This document shows positions 46,153 to 61,414 of a stretch of 64,000 nt of DNA, piece by piece. The notes below the pieces were generated by a model, which was given only the letters and a program-made list of their open reading frames with translations, did no database searches and was not told the DNA's origin. Location: the NCBI RefSeq assembly GCF_009914755.1, contig NC_060933.1; one strand, 5' to 3'. Numbering within the stretch: position 1 is the first letter of the stretch; the number at the start of each line of letters is the position of its first letter. The translations under genes and the position numbers were made by a program. This DNA is from the human T2T-CHM13v2.0 reference genome, Homo sapiens.

Positions 46153-48011
46153 AAATAGAACAATGTAAATCCAAAAGGGTAGAAGGCCAATATTAACAAG
46201 AAAAGCCATAATAGAGAGGAAAAGTAGTAAACTTAACAGCTAAAAGCAAATGCTTGTTCTTTAAAAGGATGACTAAGCAAAATTTGGCAAACATGATAGA
46301 GATTTGATTAGCAATAAGACAGAGGCAAGTTTTTTTTTAATTGCAAAAGAATACTATACCAACATTACACCAATGCATTAAAAATTTAGCGACATATTTC
46401 TTTTGAGATCTTAGATTATAATTCATGTCAGTAAGTGGATTTTGGCAACATATTTAAAAAAATCATTATGTTCAAGTATAGTTTATTACCATAAAGCAGA
46501 TTTATAAAAATAAAATAATCATTGGGATAAGGAGAGAAATGTCCATATCCAATATCAAAGGATACTCCAAAGTTATAGTATTTTTTCAAAAATCTGATAA
46601 GCTGTGGTAGTAGTACACTGATATGTCATTGACCTGGAAGAGGAATTCATGAATATATAGGAAATAAAATAAAGGATAAAGTACAGACTTATCCTCACTT
46701 GTGGAACTGCAAAAATGGCCATGTAAGCTGAAACTGTACAAAGTGATTGTAATAATTAGCAGCAAAATTATGATTGTTTCATGTCCTTAAAATTTTTCTG
46801 ACAACTATTAGAAACCCCCTTTCTGTTGGTTATAAAAGTATACATCAATGAAAAAAAAGTAAAGCTTATATTTAGTTAATGCACTATAAAACATTAGAAA
46901 TTACCATGTTTTATTCTGCAGTAAAACCTTGTTGAGACTTATAGTTACCGGTCCAGCATCTCAGAAGTTTGGAAGTTGCCACTTTATCCTAATAACAAGT
47001 AAAAAACTAAACAAACTGAAAATTCAGTAACACTTCTTAAATTCATCAGAAAAGGGAGTTATAGGTCAAACCACTGCCCACAAAAATTGGACAGACAGAC
47101 AAACAGTTCCAGAGAATCACAACTTATCAGAGTACAAACCCAGGGGTAGAAACCTCTTGTGAAAAGCAGTGCTGAAGTATAAAAATTTGAACTGTAATTG
47201 AATTGCTGGAGGGTTGATGTGAACAAGTCTGTGAGTTAAAAACTCCAGGGAGGTCCCCAGACTCTTGTAAGTTTTACCTCCTGGAGATCTATCAGGCTGT
47301 CACAGTGAAGGTTGTAGAGAAATTCCCTGTGCTTCTGGTGGAGGAAGGGGAAAAGTGGCCATTTGTAAATTCACCAGAGCTTTGTGTTCTTAACAAGGTC
47401 TGTCCTCAAGAGAAACTATTTTAACAGAGTTTAACTTACAGGGGTTGTGTCAAAGCCTAACCAAGCTGGGTGGTAGAGAATTCCAATCTTCTCCAGTCAT
47501 CCTGTCCCACCTAAGGTGAGGGAAGTCCTGAAGTGCACTTGTGAAGCTCACAGCAGAAGGGCACAGGCTCATTAAAAGACTAAAAGCTAATCACAGGAAT
47601 ATAGAACTCTTCCCTTCCCCCACACTTTACCATGCACCACATTACTAAAGGGCTATTTACTGCCAGTACATTATGTCCATATTTTAAAAAAATGAAAAGT
47701 CATACTAAAAGGCAAAAAAAAAAGAGGAGTTTGAAGAGAGAGCAAGCATCAGAATCAGATTCAGACATAGCAGAATTGTTGGAATTATCCGTTAGAATTT
47801 TAAAACAATGATTAATATTCCAAGGCCTCTAAAGGAAAAGATAAAGAACAGGCAAAAACAGATGGATAACATAAATAGAGAGGGAGAATTTCTAAGCAGT
47901 AATAGGCAAGAAATGCTAGAGATCAAAAACTCTGCAACAGAAATAAATATTGCCTTTGGTAGGCTTGTTAGTAGATTGGATATGGCTGAGGAAAAGGAAA
48001 AATCTCTGAGC

Positions 48012-48057
48012 TTGAGGATATGTCAATAGCAATGTTGAGGATATGTCAATAACAATG
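48012..48057. repeat. 23-bp tandem duplication
   Basis: ttgaggatatgtcaata(g/a)caatg twice, one mismatch. Confidence 0.92.
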
Positions 48058-49000
48058 TCCCAAACTGAAAAGTAAAGAGAAAAATTACAGAAGAAACTCA
48101 ACAAAATATCCAAGAACTGTGAGACAACTGCAAAATGTATAACATATATAGAATGAGAATAATATAAGGAGAAAAAAAGAGAGGAGGAAATATTCAAATA
48201 TTTCAAATAGAAATATTTGAAGCAATAATGACTGAGAATTTTTCCAAGTGAATGTCAGATGCTGAACCATGGATTCAGGGAACTCAGAGAACATCAGGCA
48301 AGATAAATGCCAAAACAAACAAAAATTAAAATGACAAAAAGCTACATCTAGGCATATCATATTTAAACTGCAGATTAAAAAGAACACACACACATTTGAA
48401 ATAAGCCAGAAGAAATAAACATCTTGCCTATAAAGGAAAAATGATAAGAATTACATCTTTCTTCTTAGAAATACTGTAAGCAAAAAGTGAGTGAAGTGAA
48501 ATATTTAAAGTGTTAAGACAAAAATAGTCAACCCCAAATTGTGTATTCTATAAAATTATGCTGTAAAAGTCAAAGATAAAGACTTTCTGAAACAGAGAGA
48601 ATTTTTGCCAGTAGACCTGCCTTGCAAGAAATATTTAATAAAGATCTTCAGAGAGAAAGAAATTCATATATGTCTGAAATTTGGATCTACATAAAGAAAG
48701 GTAGAGGATTAGAGAAGGAATAAGTAAAGGTAAATGAAAACATTTATTTTTAAATTCTTAAAGAATCTAATATATAATAGTTTGTTCAAAATAATAGCAG
48801 CTATATACATATGTGTGTGGTGTTTATATATACACACTCATGTATACTTATGTATAAATTACATGAATGTCAGAAATGAAACAAAAGACAAAATGAGAAA
48901 TTAGAAATATTGTAATATTGTAAGGTACTTGCGCTATCTATGAAACAGTAGAGTGTTATTTAAGTATGGACTTAGATGATTTGTAAATATATATTACAAT

Positions 49001-49140
49001 AATAACTAAATAGCAAGTTACTTTAATTATTTATAAAAATTAAAAATTGTTATTTTAAATAATTTCTTAATTAAATTAATTAAATAATTAAAACAATTAT
49101 TTAATTTTAGTTATTGAAATAACTAAAATAGTTATTTTTT
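49001..49140. repeat. AT-rich tract with adjacent perfect hairpins
   Basis: 12-bp stems 49078-49089/49095-49106 and 49104-49115/49118-49129. Confidence 0.8.
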
Positions 49141-49722
49141 AAAAACCCAAAACAAAAAACAAAAAGAAAATTAATATGTTAAGAAATAAAAGAATATAGA
49201 ATCATTTAAAATGCTCATTTGAAACCACAAAAGCCAGAAAAAAAATGACAAAAATGTGAACAAAGGTCAAAAACAATAAATAGAAAGCAGTAACAAATAT
49301 CATAGATATCAATTTAAGTATACCAATAATAACTCTAAATTCTATGGTATAAATACACAAATTAAAAGAGAATATTAGAGCAGACCAAAAAACAAAGTTG
49401 ATTTATTTCTGAGCTGTAAGAAACCGAACTTAAATATAAAGGCATATGTAAATTAAATGTAGAGATGCAGAAAGATATACACAATCTGTCAAAACTCACA
49501 CAAGAAAAATAGACAATCTAAATAGGCCTGTATCTACTAAGAAAATTGAATAATTACCTTCCCAAGCAGAAAACATCAGGCCAAGATGTGTTCACTAGTA
49601 AGTTCTACCAAATATTTAAGAAAGAAATTATAAAATATTTTTCAAAATATAGAAGTAGAAGGAATATTTCCTAGTTTATTCTATGAGGCCAGCACTACCT
49701 TAGTAATAAAACCAGAGAAAGA

Positions 49723-50047
<325 letters not shown>

Positions 50048-51757
50048 CTATACAAAGATATTGCAAGAATAGAAAACTACAGACAAATATCTTTTGAGAA
50101 CATCAATGCAACAATTCTCCACAAACTATTAGCAAATAGAAAACGAACAATGTATAAAAAGAATTATATATCATGGCCAAGTGCAATTTATCCCAGGTAT
50201 GCAAGGCTGGTTCAACATTGGAAAATCAATTAATATAATTTATTACCTCCACAGGCTAAAGAAATAATTATTTAATTGTATTAATAGAGGCACAACAAGC
50301 ATTTGACAAAATCCAACATTTATGCATTATGAAAGACTCCCAGCAAACCAGGGTAGAGGAGAACATTCTCAACTGGATAGAAAACATTCAACTAAAAGCT
50401 AAAGCTAGCACCATAATTAATGATGAGAAACTAGAAGCTTTCACCATAAGATCAGGGACAAAGCAAAAATGTCCCCTCTCAACATTTCATTTTAACATGT
50501 ACTGAAAATTCTAGGAAATAGATAACATGAGAAAGAAAATAAAAGGTGCACAGATTGTAAAGGATAAAATAAAATTGTCTTTGTTTACAGATGACTTGAT
50601 TGTCCATGCAGAAAACCTAAAAGAATGAAGAAAAATATTTTCGAAACTATAAACAATTGTATTAAGTTTGCAGAATACAAGAGAAATATACAAAAGTCAA
50701 TTGCTTTCCTGTATACCAGCAAAGAATAAGTGGAATTTGAAATTTAAAATACAATACCACTTAAATTAGCATCCCCCCAAAAATGAAATACATAGGTATA
50801 ATTCTAGCAACATATATGCAAGGTCTATATGATGAAAACCGGAGAACTTAGATGAAAGAAATTAGATGAAAGAAATTCTAAAAAAATTAAATAAATGGAG
50901 AACTATTCCACGTTCATGGGTAAGAAGACAGTATTTTCAAGATGTCAGTGCTTTTCAGCTTGATCTACAGATTCAATGCGACCTCAACCAAAATCCCAGC
51001 AAGTTATTTTGTAGATATTGACAAACTAATTATAAAGCTTATACAAAGAGGCAAAAGACCAAGAACAGAAAACACAATATTAAAAGAGAAGAAAAAAATA
51101 GGAGGACGGATACTACTCAACTTGAAGAATTACTATAAAGCTACAGTAATCAAGATAGCGTAATATTGGCAAAGAATAGACAAATAGAGCAATGGAGCAG
51201 AATACAGAGCCCAAAAATAGACACACAATAATATAGTCAACTATCTTTCTCAAAGGAGAGAGGCAATACAACAAGAAAAAGATAATCTTTCAACAAATAT
51301 TGCTAGAACTGAATATCTATATGCAAAAGGATAAATCTAGACACAGACCTTGTACCTTGTACAAATATTAACTCAAAATGGATAATAGACCTAAATGTAG
51401 TACACAAACATATAAAACTCAAAATAGATAATATAGTAGAATATCTAGATGACCTCAGAAATGGTGATGACTTTTAAGATACACCATTAAAGGCACAACC
51501 CATGAAGTGAAAACTAATAACCTGAACTTTATTAAAGTTTAAAAATCCCCACTTCTGTTCTATGAAAGACATTGTCAAAAAATAAGAATACAAACTACAA
51601 ACTGGGAGAAAATATTGGCAAAAGACCTATCTGATAAATGACTATTATCCAAAACATATAAGCAACTCAAAAACTCAACAATGACGAAAAGCAGCACAAT
51701 TAAAAAGTGAGCAAAAGACCTGAACAGAAACCTCACTCAAGAAGATATACAGATGAC

Positions 51758-51864
51758 AAATAAGCACATCAGAAGATATTTCACACCATATGTTATTCAA
51801 AAATAAGCATATCAGAAGATATTTCACACCATTTCTTGAATAACCATATGTTATTCAAGAAATG
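51758..51864. repeat. 43-bp-period duplication with a 15-bp inverted insert
   Basis: 32-bp direct copies at 51758-51789 and 51801-51832 (one mismatch); catttcttgaataac (51830-51844) is the exact reverse complement of 51850-51864. Confidence 0.92.
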
Positions 51865-54800
51865 CAAATTAAAGCAACAATGAGGTATCATTACCATGAC
51901 GGTTAGAATGGCCAATCTTCAGAATACTGACAACGCTAACTGTTGACAAAGACATGAAGCAACAGGTGGTGAGAATACCAAATGGTATAACCACTTTGGA
52001 AGACAGTTTGGCAGTTTATAATAAAACTAATCATACTCTTACCATACATTCCAGTGATCACACTCCTTGGTATTTACACAAATGTGTTGAAAAGTTATTT
52101 TACACAAAAGCCTTCACAAGGATGTTTATAGCAGCTTTATTCATAGTTGCCAGAACTTGGAAGCAACCAAGATATCCTTCAGTAGGTAAATAGATAAATA
52201 AACAGTGGTAATTTAGACAATAGATTATTAAACAGTGATAAAAATAAATGACCTATCAAGACATGGAGAAACCTTAAATGTGTATTTCTAAGTAAAAGAA
52301 ACCAGTCTGAAAAGGCTGTGTAATGTGATTCCAGCTCTATGACTTTTGGGAAAAGACCAAACTATGGGGATAGTAAAAATGATCAGTAGTTGGCAGGGGA
52401 TAAGGATAAGGGATAAATGAATAGGCAAATTACATAAAACTTTTAGGGTAGTGGAACTATTCTCTGTGATAATGGTGGATGCATGTCATTGTACAGTTGT
52501 CAAAATCTATAGACTATACAACTCAGGTGAACCCTAATGTAAACTATTGACTTTAGGTGACAATAATGTGTTAATGTATGTTCATCAATTGTAAAAAATG
52601 TGCAACTCTAGTGGAAGATATTGGTAAGCGGGGAAGCAGTGCGTATGTGGGGACAGGTGGAATATACCAAATCTCTATATCTTCCACTTAATTTTTCTAA
52701 GTGAATCTAAAACTTCTCCAAAAAATAGAATATTTTAAAAGGAGAAATTTTAAAAAAACCTTATCAATAGTAGTTTACAGTGCTTGTCCTACTCTTCTCA
52801 TACACCTTACAAGGAGTCAAAATCTTTTCTATGCCTTGGCAAATTGTCTTGCTCTATTCTAACATTTACCCTTGAATTTTCAACATTTCATCCTTTGTGT
52901 TTTCCATGTTATAAAATATATCTGAGAATTCTTTAATGTGAAGTTTTTTGTTGATGTCACTTACTGTGGGACATCTTCATCCTTTTGTGACAACTACTTT
53001 CCTCATTTATGTTGATTTTGCCTTTACTGGGTTCCCTGGGCTGCAAACTTACTCTCAACGTCTATCGAGTGAACATTCACATGGTCAGCTATTTCTTCCA
53101 CAACCCATTTACATTCTATTAGAATTATACTTCCAGAGTAATCACTATTTGTTTCTTTGCTGCATTTTTGCCTTAGTTGCCTTGCTTTCTCTCTTTCAGT
53201 TATCCAGTTTTATAAAATGTCATGTAGATTTATGACTGGGAAACAAGAAGGCCGCATGATGACACACTTTGATGTGTGTTAGTTGAATAACATGCACTGT
53301 GACCAATCACCAACAGACCTAAAGAAGTGACTTAATTGGTCACTGATTGAGATGCATGTCTTATTTATATAGTGATTTGTGGAATGTACAGTTAGCTGTG
53401 AAATTTGTATGTTATGCTATTTCTCACAGTATATGGTAGTAACTAAAATTTGAATGTTGATGGAGAATGATTATTTAACTGAAACATAATAACTAAAATT
53501 CCTGTACATGTGAACTTTATATAGCAAGGACTGCCTATATAGCATACATTCACTAATGCTCTAATGTAAGAAAAAATACTTAGAATAATGTAGACTAGGA
53601 TAAGAAACTATACTCTTTGTATGAAGAAGTCTTTTCCTAAGAAGAACATGAAACTGAGATACCATTAAAAAAAACAGATAGTGGATATGTTGTCCTAATA
53701 ATTAACGAATTCTACGTGACAAAAGACAATCTAAACATAAAGACAAAGAACTAGGAAACGTATCAACATAAGACCAAGGGTTTGACCAACACTTTCCTTT
53801 CTCCACAAGTGTATCAGGATGGGAAAATACCAGAAAGTCAAACTTTATAAATCAACAGATGAGACATTAAATCAAATTTCTCATCTACTATGGACTTCAT
53901 TTTATGAACTGCAAGGCGCCTTCAACAGGTGGAGAATTGCCTGTCTAACCCAGATACTCTGTAATGTATTTAGAGAAACCTTGAGTACCTGTTTGACAGA
54001 CTAACCTCCTTTCAGTTCTTTAAGAAAGGAAAAACAATTAACAGAATGTCAGTGTCTTCAGGGCAGAATTCCAATATTATGTCTGTACCACTGATCTTTG
54101 CAAAACATCAAAACACACAGTATCTAGCAAATCACTCTTAGACAATCAAGTGGGAAAAAAATAAAAAAGCTGACAGACTTGCTAGTTCATTTGTAGCCCT
54201 AATTCAAGTAAAGCAGAGTGGGAACATATGCACCTGATAACCCACCTCTGTGGAATTATTCATAGATTGAACTAATAAATGTTGTAAGAAATGAGAGAAG
54301 GAGACAGGCAGAGCAAGATGGCTGAATAGAAGCCTCCAGGAATTGTCCCCTTTGCAGGAACACTGAATTGAAAAAGTATCCACACAAAAAAGCACCTTCA
54401 TAAGAATAAAAAATCAGGTAAGTAATCACAGTACCTAGTTTTAACACCATATTAAGGAAATAGACACTGAAGAGGGCAGGAAAGACAGTCTTGAAGGGCA
54501 GAAAAAGACAGTCTTGAATTGCATACCCCATCCCTCCCCAGTTCCCTGGCAGCAGCCACATGGCATGGAGAGAGAATCTGTGTGCTTGGGAGAGGGAGAG
54601 CACAATGACATGGGACTTTGCATTGGAACTCATGGATGCCCTGTCACAGTGGAAAGCTTCACAGAGCAGAACTCAATTGGCACCCACAGAGGGAGCATTT
54701 AGACAAGCCTTAGCCAAAGGTGAATCATCCATTGCAGTGGTTGGAATCTGAGTTCCAGTAAGCCTTGCTACTGAGTGATAAAGTGCTCTGGGGGTCTAAT

Positions 54801-55019
54801 TCTAAAGGTAGTCTAGGCCACAAGGATTGCAATTCCTAGGCAAGTCCTGGTGCTGTGCTAGGCTTGAAGTCAGTGGACTGAGGGTACACGTGACTTAGTA
54901 AGACACCAGCTGGGGCAGCCAAGGGAGTGCTTACATTACCCCTCCCCCAACACTAGGCAGCACAGCTCACAGCTCTGGAAGAGACTTCTTCCCTCTGTTT
55001 GAGAAGAGAAGAAAGGAAA

Positions 55020-56050
55020 AGGGACTGTGTCTTATAAATTGGACACCAGCTCAGCCACAGTAAAAGAATACCCGGCAGAGTCCTAAGGCACCAATTTCAG
55101 GCACTAGCTTAAAGACATTTCTAGACATACCCTGGGCCAGAATGGAACCTGCTGCCTGAAGCGAAGGAGCCAGTCCTGGCAGAATTCACCCATGGTGAGT
55201 AAAGAGCATTAGGTCCTGAATAATCAGAAGTGGTAGTCAGGCAGTACTTACTATAAGCCTTAGGTGAGACTTAAAGCCGTGCTTGCTTCAAATGTCTTCA
55301 AACACATTCTCAGTAGTGGTGGCTATGGTGGGGAGGGGGTGGGGAGAGACTCACTCTTCTTGAAGAAAGAGGAGGGAAGTATAAGGGGGTCTTTGTCTTG
55401 CAGTTTTGGTATCAGCTTGACTACAGTGGGGTAGAGCACCAAGTGGGTTCCTGGGGTTCCTGATTCTAGGCATTGCTTCCTGGATGACACTTCTGGACGT
55501 TTCCTAGACCAGAGGGAAGTTCACTGCCCTGAAGGGTGACATTCAGGCCTGGTAGCATTCATTACAAGCTGACTGAAGAGACCTTGGGCCTTGAGTTAAC
55601 ACTGGTAGTAGCCAGGCAGTACTCGCTGTGGGCCACGGCTAGTGGGTGGCCATGGGTAGAGACTCCTCTGCTTGAGGAACGGGGAAGAAAGAGTAGGAAG
55701 AACTTTGTCTTGCAGCTTGGATGCCAGTTCCGTTGCAGTAGAAATTAAGTTTCCTGACTCTAGGCCCTGGCCCCCAGATGGTATCTCTGGACTCACCCAG
55801 GCCCACAGGAACCTCGCCATCCTGAAGGAAAGTACACAATCCTGGCTGAATTTACCACCTGCTGATTGTAGAGCTCTTGGACCTTGAGTGAATATAAGTG
55901 GTAGGCAGGCAGTGGATACCTTGGATGAGACCCAGTGCTGTGCTTGCTTTGGGTCTGACTCAGTGTAATCCCAGTTATAGTAACTACAGGGCTACCTGTG
56001 TCACCCCTCCCCCAGTTCCAGGCAGCTCAGCAAAGAAAAAGCCTCATTCG
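55020..56050 (+). repeat. Three diverged ~320-370-bp monomers in the L1MA 5'UTR
   Basis: Recurring tgtctt..gg..ccag...ctgga...ccag..g(g)aa...gcc(c)tgaag block at about 55025, 55393 and 55705. Confidence 0.65.
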
Positions 56051-57001
56051 TTGAGGGAAAGTAAGAAAAGTGAACAAGTCTCCACCTGGTAATCCAGGGA
56101 GCTTACCTAAGGTGACCAAAGCGGTACATTTATGAGTCTGCAAGAGTCATAGCGTTACTGAGCTTGGGGAGCTTCCTAATGAAGATATGGCTACAGTGAC
56201 CAAAGACTTAGATCACAGCACCCAAGTCCCTTTGAATACTTGGAAAGCCTTCCCAAGAAGGATGGGTACAAACATGCCCAGACTGCAAAGGCTACAATAA
56301 ATACTCAATTCTTTTTCAATGTCCAGACATAAATGCACATTGACAAGCATTAAGACCATCCAGGAAAACATGACATCGCCAAATGAACTAAATTAGGTAC
56401 CAATGACCAATCCCAGAGAGACAGAAATATGTGACTTTTCAGACAGATAATTCAAAGTAGCTATTTTGAGAAAGCTCAAGAAAATTCAAGATAACGCAGA
56501 GAAAATATTCAGAGTCTTGTTAGATAAATTTAACAGAAGCTGAAATACTAAAAAATAATCAAGCAGAGATTCTGGACTTGAAAAATGCAATTGACATATT
56601 GAGAATACATTAGAGTCTCTTAACAGCAGAACTGACCAAACAGAAGAAAGAATTAGTTAGCTTGAAGACAGGCTAATTAGAAATACACAGTCAGAGGAAA
56701 CAAAGGAGAAAAGCAGAAAAAAGTATTAAGTGCACCTACAAGATCTAGAAAATACCCTCAAAAGGGCAAATCTAAAAGTTATTGGCCTTAAAGAGAAGAT
56801 ATAGAGAGAGATTGGGATAGAACGTTTATTCAAAGGGATAATAACAGAGAACTTCGAAACCTAGAGGAAGATATCAATATTCAAGTAAAAGAAGGTTATA
56901 GAACATCAAGCAGATTTAACCCAAATAAGACTACCTCAAAATGTTTAATAATTAAACTCCCAAAAGCCAAATATAAAGAAAGGACCCTAAAAGCAGTAAG
57001 A

Positions 57002-57423
<422 letters not shown>

Positions 57424-60400
57424 TTAAAATGTTAAAGGAAAAAAAGCTTTTATCCTTGAATAGTATATCCAGTGAAAATATTCTTCAAACATTAAAGAAA
57501 GTGAACATTTTTCCAGACAAACAAAAGCTGGAGGATTTCATCAACATCAAACTTGTCCTACAAAAAATAATAAAGAGAGTCTTCAATCTGAAAAATAATG
57601 TTAATGAGCAATAAGAAGTCATCTGAAGGGATAAAGCTCACTGGTAATAGTAAGCACACAGAAAAACACAGACTATTATAGCACTTTAACTGTGGTATAT
57701 AAACTACTCTTATATTGAGCAGAAAGACTAAAGGATAAGCCTATCAAAAATAATAACTACAACAACAACTTTTCCAAACATAGACAGTATGATAAGATAT
57801 AAATAGAAACAACAAAAATTCTAAAAGCAGGGGAATGAAGTTGAAGGGTTGAGTTTCTTTTCATTTTCTCTTTGCTTGTTTGTTTATGCATTCAGTGTTA
57901 TTGGTTTAAAATAATTGGTTATAAGAAATTATTTGAAAGACTCATAGTAACCTCAAATAAAGAAATACAACAGATATAAAAAAATAAAAAGCAAGAAATT
58001 GAAATATGTCACCATAGAAAATCACCTTCACTAAAAGGAAGACAAGAAGGAAGGAAAGAAGGAGTAGAAGATCACAAAACAACCAGAAAACAAATAACAA
58101 AATGGCAAGAGTAAATCTTTAGTTATCAATAATAACATTAAATGTAAATGGATTAAACTCTCCAATTAAAAGACATAGAGTGGCTGTATGGATTTTGTTT
58201 TAAGAAAGACTTAATAATCTGTTGCTTACAAGAAACATCCTTCACCTATAAGGACATGCATAGACTAAAAACAAAAAAGCATCAAAAAAGATATTCCATG
58301 CAAATTGAAACCAGAAAAGAGCAGGAGTAGCTATACTTATATCAGACAAAATAGATTTTAAGACAAAAACTATATAAACAGACAAAGAAGGTTATTATGT
58401 GGTGATAAACAGGCCAATTCAGCAAGAGGATATAACAATTGTAAATATATATATGCACCTAACACTGGAGCAATGAGATATATAAAGCAAATATCATTAC
58501 AGTTAGAGAGATAGACAACAATAAAGTAACAGCTAGAGACCTACTCTCAGCATTGGACAGATTTTCCAGACATAAAATCAACAAAGAAACAGCATACTTA
58601 GTCTGCGCTTTAAAACAAATGGATCTAATGAATATTTACAAAATATTTTATTCAACAGCTGCAGAATACCCATTCTTCTCCTCAGCACATGGTTCATTCT
58701 CAAGGACAGTTCATATGTAAGGTCACAAAATAAGAGTTTAAAAATTTTTTTAAATGAATTCATAGTAAGTATCTTCTCTAACCACAACAAAATAAAACTA
58801 GAGATGAATAACAGGAGGAATTTTGAAAACTATATGAAGATGTAGAAATTAAACAGTGTGCTCCTCAATGACCAGTGGGTCAATGGAGAAATTAAGAAGG
58901 AAATTACATAATTTCTTATAGCAAATGAAAATAAAATGAATAAAAAGCTATAGGATACAGTGAAAACAGTACTAAGAGGAAAGTTTATAGCAACAAATGT
59001 CTATACCAAAAAAATAGAAAAACTTCTATTGGATCTTAAATAATTAGGAAAGCAAGAGTAAACCAAACCAAAAATTAGTAGGAGCAAATAAATAAAAAAG
59101 ATCAGGGAAAAATGAAACAAAAATATAAAAAAGATCAAGAAAACAAAAAGCTTTTTTGTAAAGATAAACAAAATCAACAAACCTTTAGTCAGACTAAAGG
59201 AAGAGAGAAGACCCAAATAAATAAAATCAGATATGAAAAAGGATACAATAAAACTGATACTACAGAAATTCAAAGAATCATTAGAGGCTACTCTAAGCAA
59301 CTATATGCCAATAAATGGGAAAATCTAGAAGAAATGGATAAATTTCTAGACACATACACCCTACCAAGATTTAACCATGATGAAATCCAAAACCTGAACA
59401 TTCAGACCAATAACAAGTAATGAGATAGAAACTGTAATAAAGAATTCCATCAATGAAAAGCCCAGTACCCGAGGGTTTAACGCTGAATTTTACCAATCAT
59501 TTAAAGAGGAACTAATGTCAGTCCTACTAAAACTATTCCAAAAAATAGAGGAGCAGGCAATACATCTAAATTCATTCAAGGTCAATATTACCCTGATACC
59601 AAAGCCAGACACAGACATCAGAAAAAGTATACCACAGGCCAGTATCCCTAATGAACACTGATGCAAAAATCATCAACAAAATACCAGCAAACGGAATTCA
59701 ACAACACATTAAAAAATAATTGTCAAGACCAAGTAGAATTTATCCCAAGGATGCAAAGAGGGTTCAACATATGCAAATCAATCAATGCGATACATCATAT
59801 AACAGGATGGAGGACAAAAACTATATAATTATTTCAATTGATGCTGAAAAAGCATGTGATAAAATTCAACATCCCTTCGTAATAACAACTCTCAAAAACC
59901 TGGGTATAGAAGGAATACCTCAACACAGTAAAACTATATGACAGAATCACAGCTAATATCATACTGAATGGGGAATAACTTAAAGCCTTTCCTCTAAGAC
60001 CTGAAACACAACAAAGATGCCCACTTTCACCACTATCATTCAGCATAGTACTGGAGTTCTAGATAGAGCAATTAGAGAAGAGAAAGAAATAAAGGGCATC
60101 CAAACTGGAAAGGAAGAAGTAAAATTATCCTTGTTTGGAGATAGTACGGTTTTATATTTGGAAAAATAATGACTCCCCCATAACACTATAGGACTGATAA
60201 ACTCAGTAAATTTTCAGGATACAAAATTGCCATGCAAAAATCAGTAGCATTTCTATATGCCAACAGCAAACAATCTGAAAAAGAAATAAATAGTCCTATT
60301 TACAATGCTATAAATAAAGTAGAATACCCAGGAATTTACCAAAGAAGTGAAAAATTGCTACAAGGAAAACTGTAAAACATTGATGTAAGAAAATTGATAT

Positions 60401-60972
60401 AAGAAATTGAAGAGGATGCAAAAATTGGAAAGATATTCCATGTTCATGGATTGGAAGAATCAATATTGTTAAAATGTCCACATTACCCAAAGCAAACTAC
60501 AAATTCAGTGCAATCCCTATCAAAATATCAATGATATTCTTCACATAAATTTAAAAAAAAACTATCCTAAAATTTATATTAGGATAGAAAAGACACAGAA
60601 TAGCCAAAGCTATCTTGAGCAAAATGAACAAAACTGGAGAGATCACATTACCTAACTTCAAATAATACTAAACAGCTATAGTAATCAAAACGGGATAGTA
60701 CTGGCATAAAAACAGACACATAAACCAGTGGAACAGAATAGAGAACCCAGAAATAGATCCACACATCTTCAGCAAACTCATTTTTGACAAAGAGGCTGAA
60801 GACATACATTGGGAAAAACACAGTCTCTTCAATAAATAGTGCCGGGAAAACTGGATATCCATAGGCAAAAGAATGAAACTAGACCCCTATCTCTCACCAT
60901 ATAAACATATCAAATCAAAATGGATTAAAAATTTGAATCAAAGACCTCAATCTTGGGGGGGTGGGGGGCAGC

Positions 60973-60982
60973 CAACATGGCC
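60973..60982 (+). promoter_or_regulatory. YY1 motif of the L1 internal promoter
   Basis: caacatggcc; the L1 consensus is caagatggcc and the ATGGC core is retained. Confidence 0.65.
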
Positions 60983-61159
60983 AAATAGGAACAGCTCCGG
61001 TCTACAGCTCCCAGTGTGAGTGACGCAGAAGATGGGTGATTTCTGCATGTCCATCTGAGGTACTGGGTTCATCTCACTAGGGAGTGCCAGACAGTGGGCG
61101 CAGGACAGTGGGTGCAGTGCACCATGCATGAGCCGAAGCAGGGCGAGGCATTGCCTCAC

Positions 61160-61414
61160 TCAGGAAGCGCAAGGGGTCAGGGAGTTCCCTTTCCTAGTCA
61201 AAGAAAGGGGTGACAGATGGCACCTGGAAAATTGGGTCACTCCCACCCTAATACTGCGCTTTTCCGACGGGCTTAAAAAACGGCGCACCCGGAGATTATA
61301 TCCCGCACCTGGCTCGGAGGGTCCTACGCCCATGGAGTCTCGCTGATTGCTAGCACGGCAGGCTGAGATCAAACTTCAAGGCGGCAGTGAGGCTGGGGGA
61401 GGGGCGCCCACCAT
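61160..61414 (-). pseudogene. L1 ORF0, disrupted
   Basis: ATG at 61414 reads MVGAPPPASLPP, then TGA at codon 13 (61378-61376); the same frame continues ISACRASNQRDSMGVGPSEPGAGYNL, matching ORF0. Confidence 0.85.
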
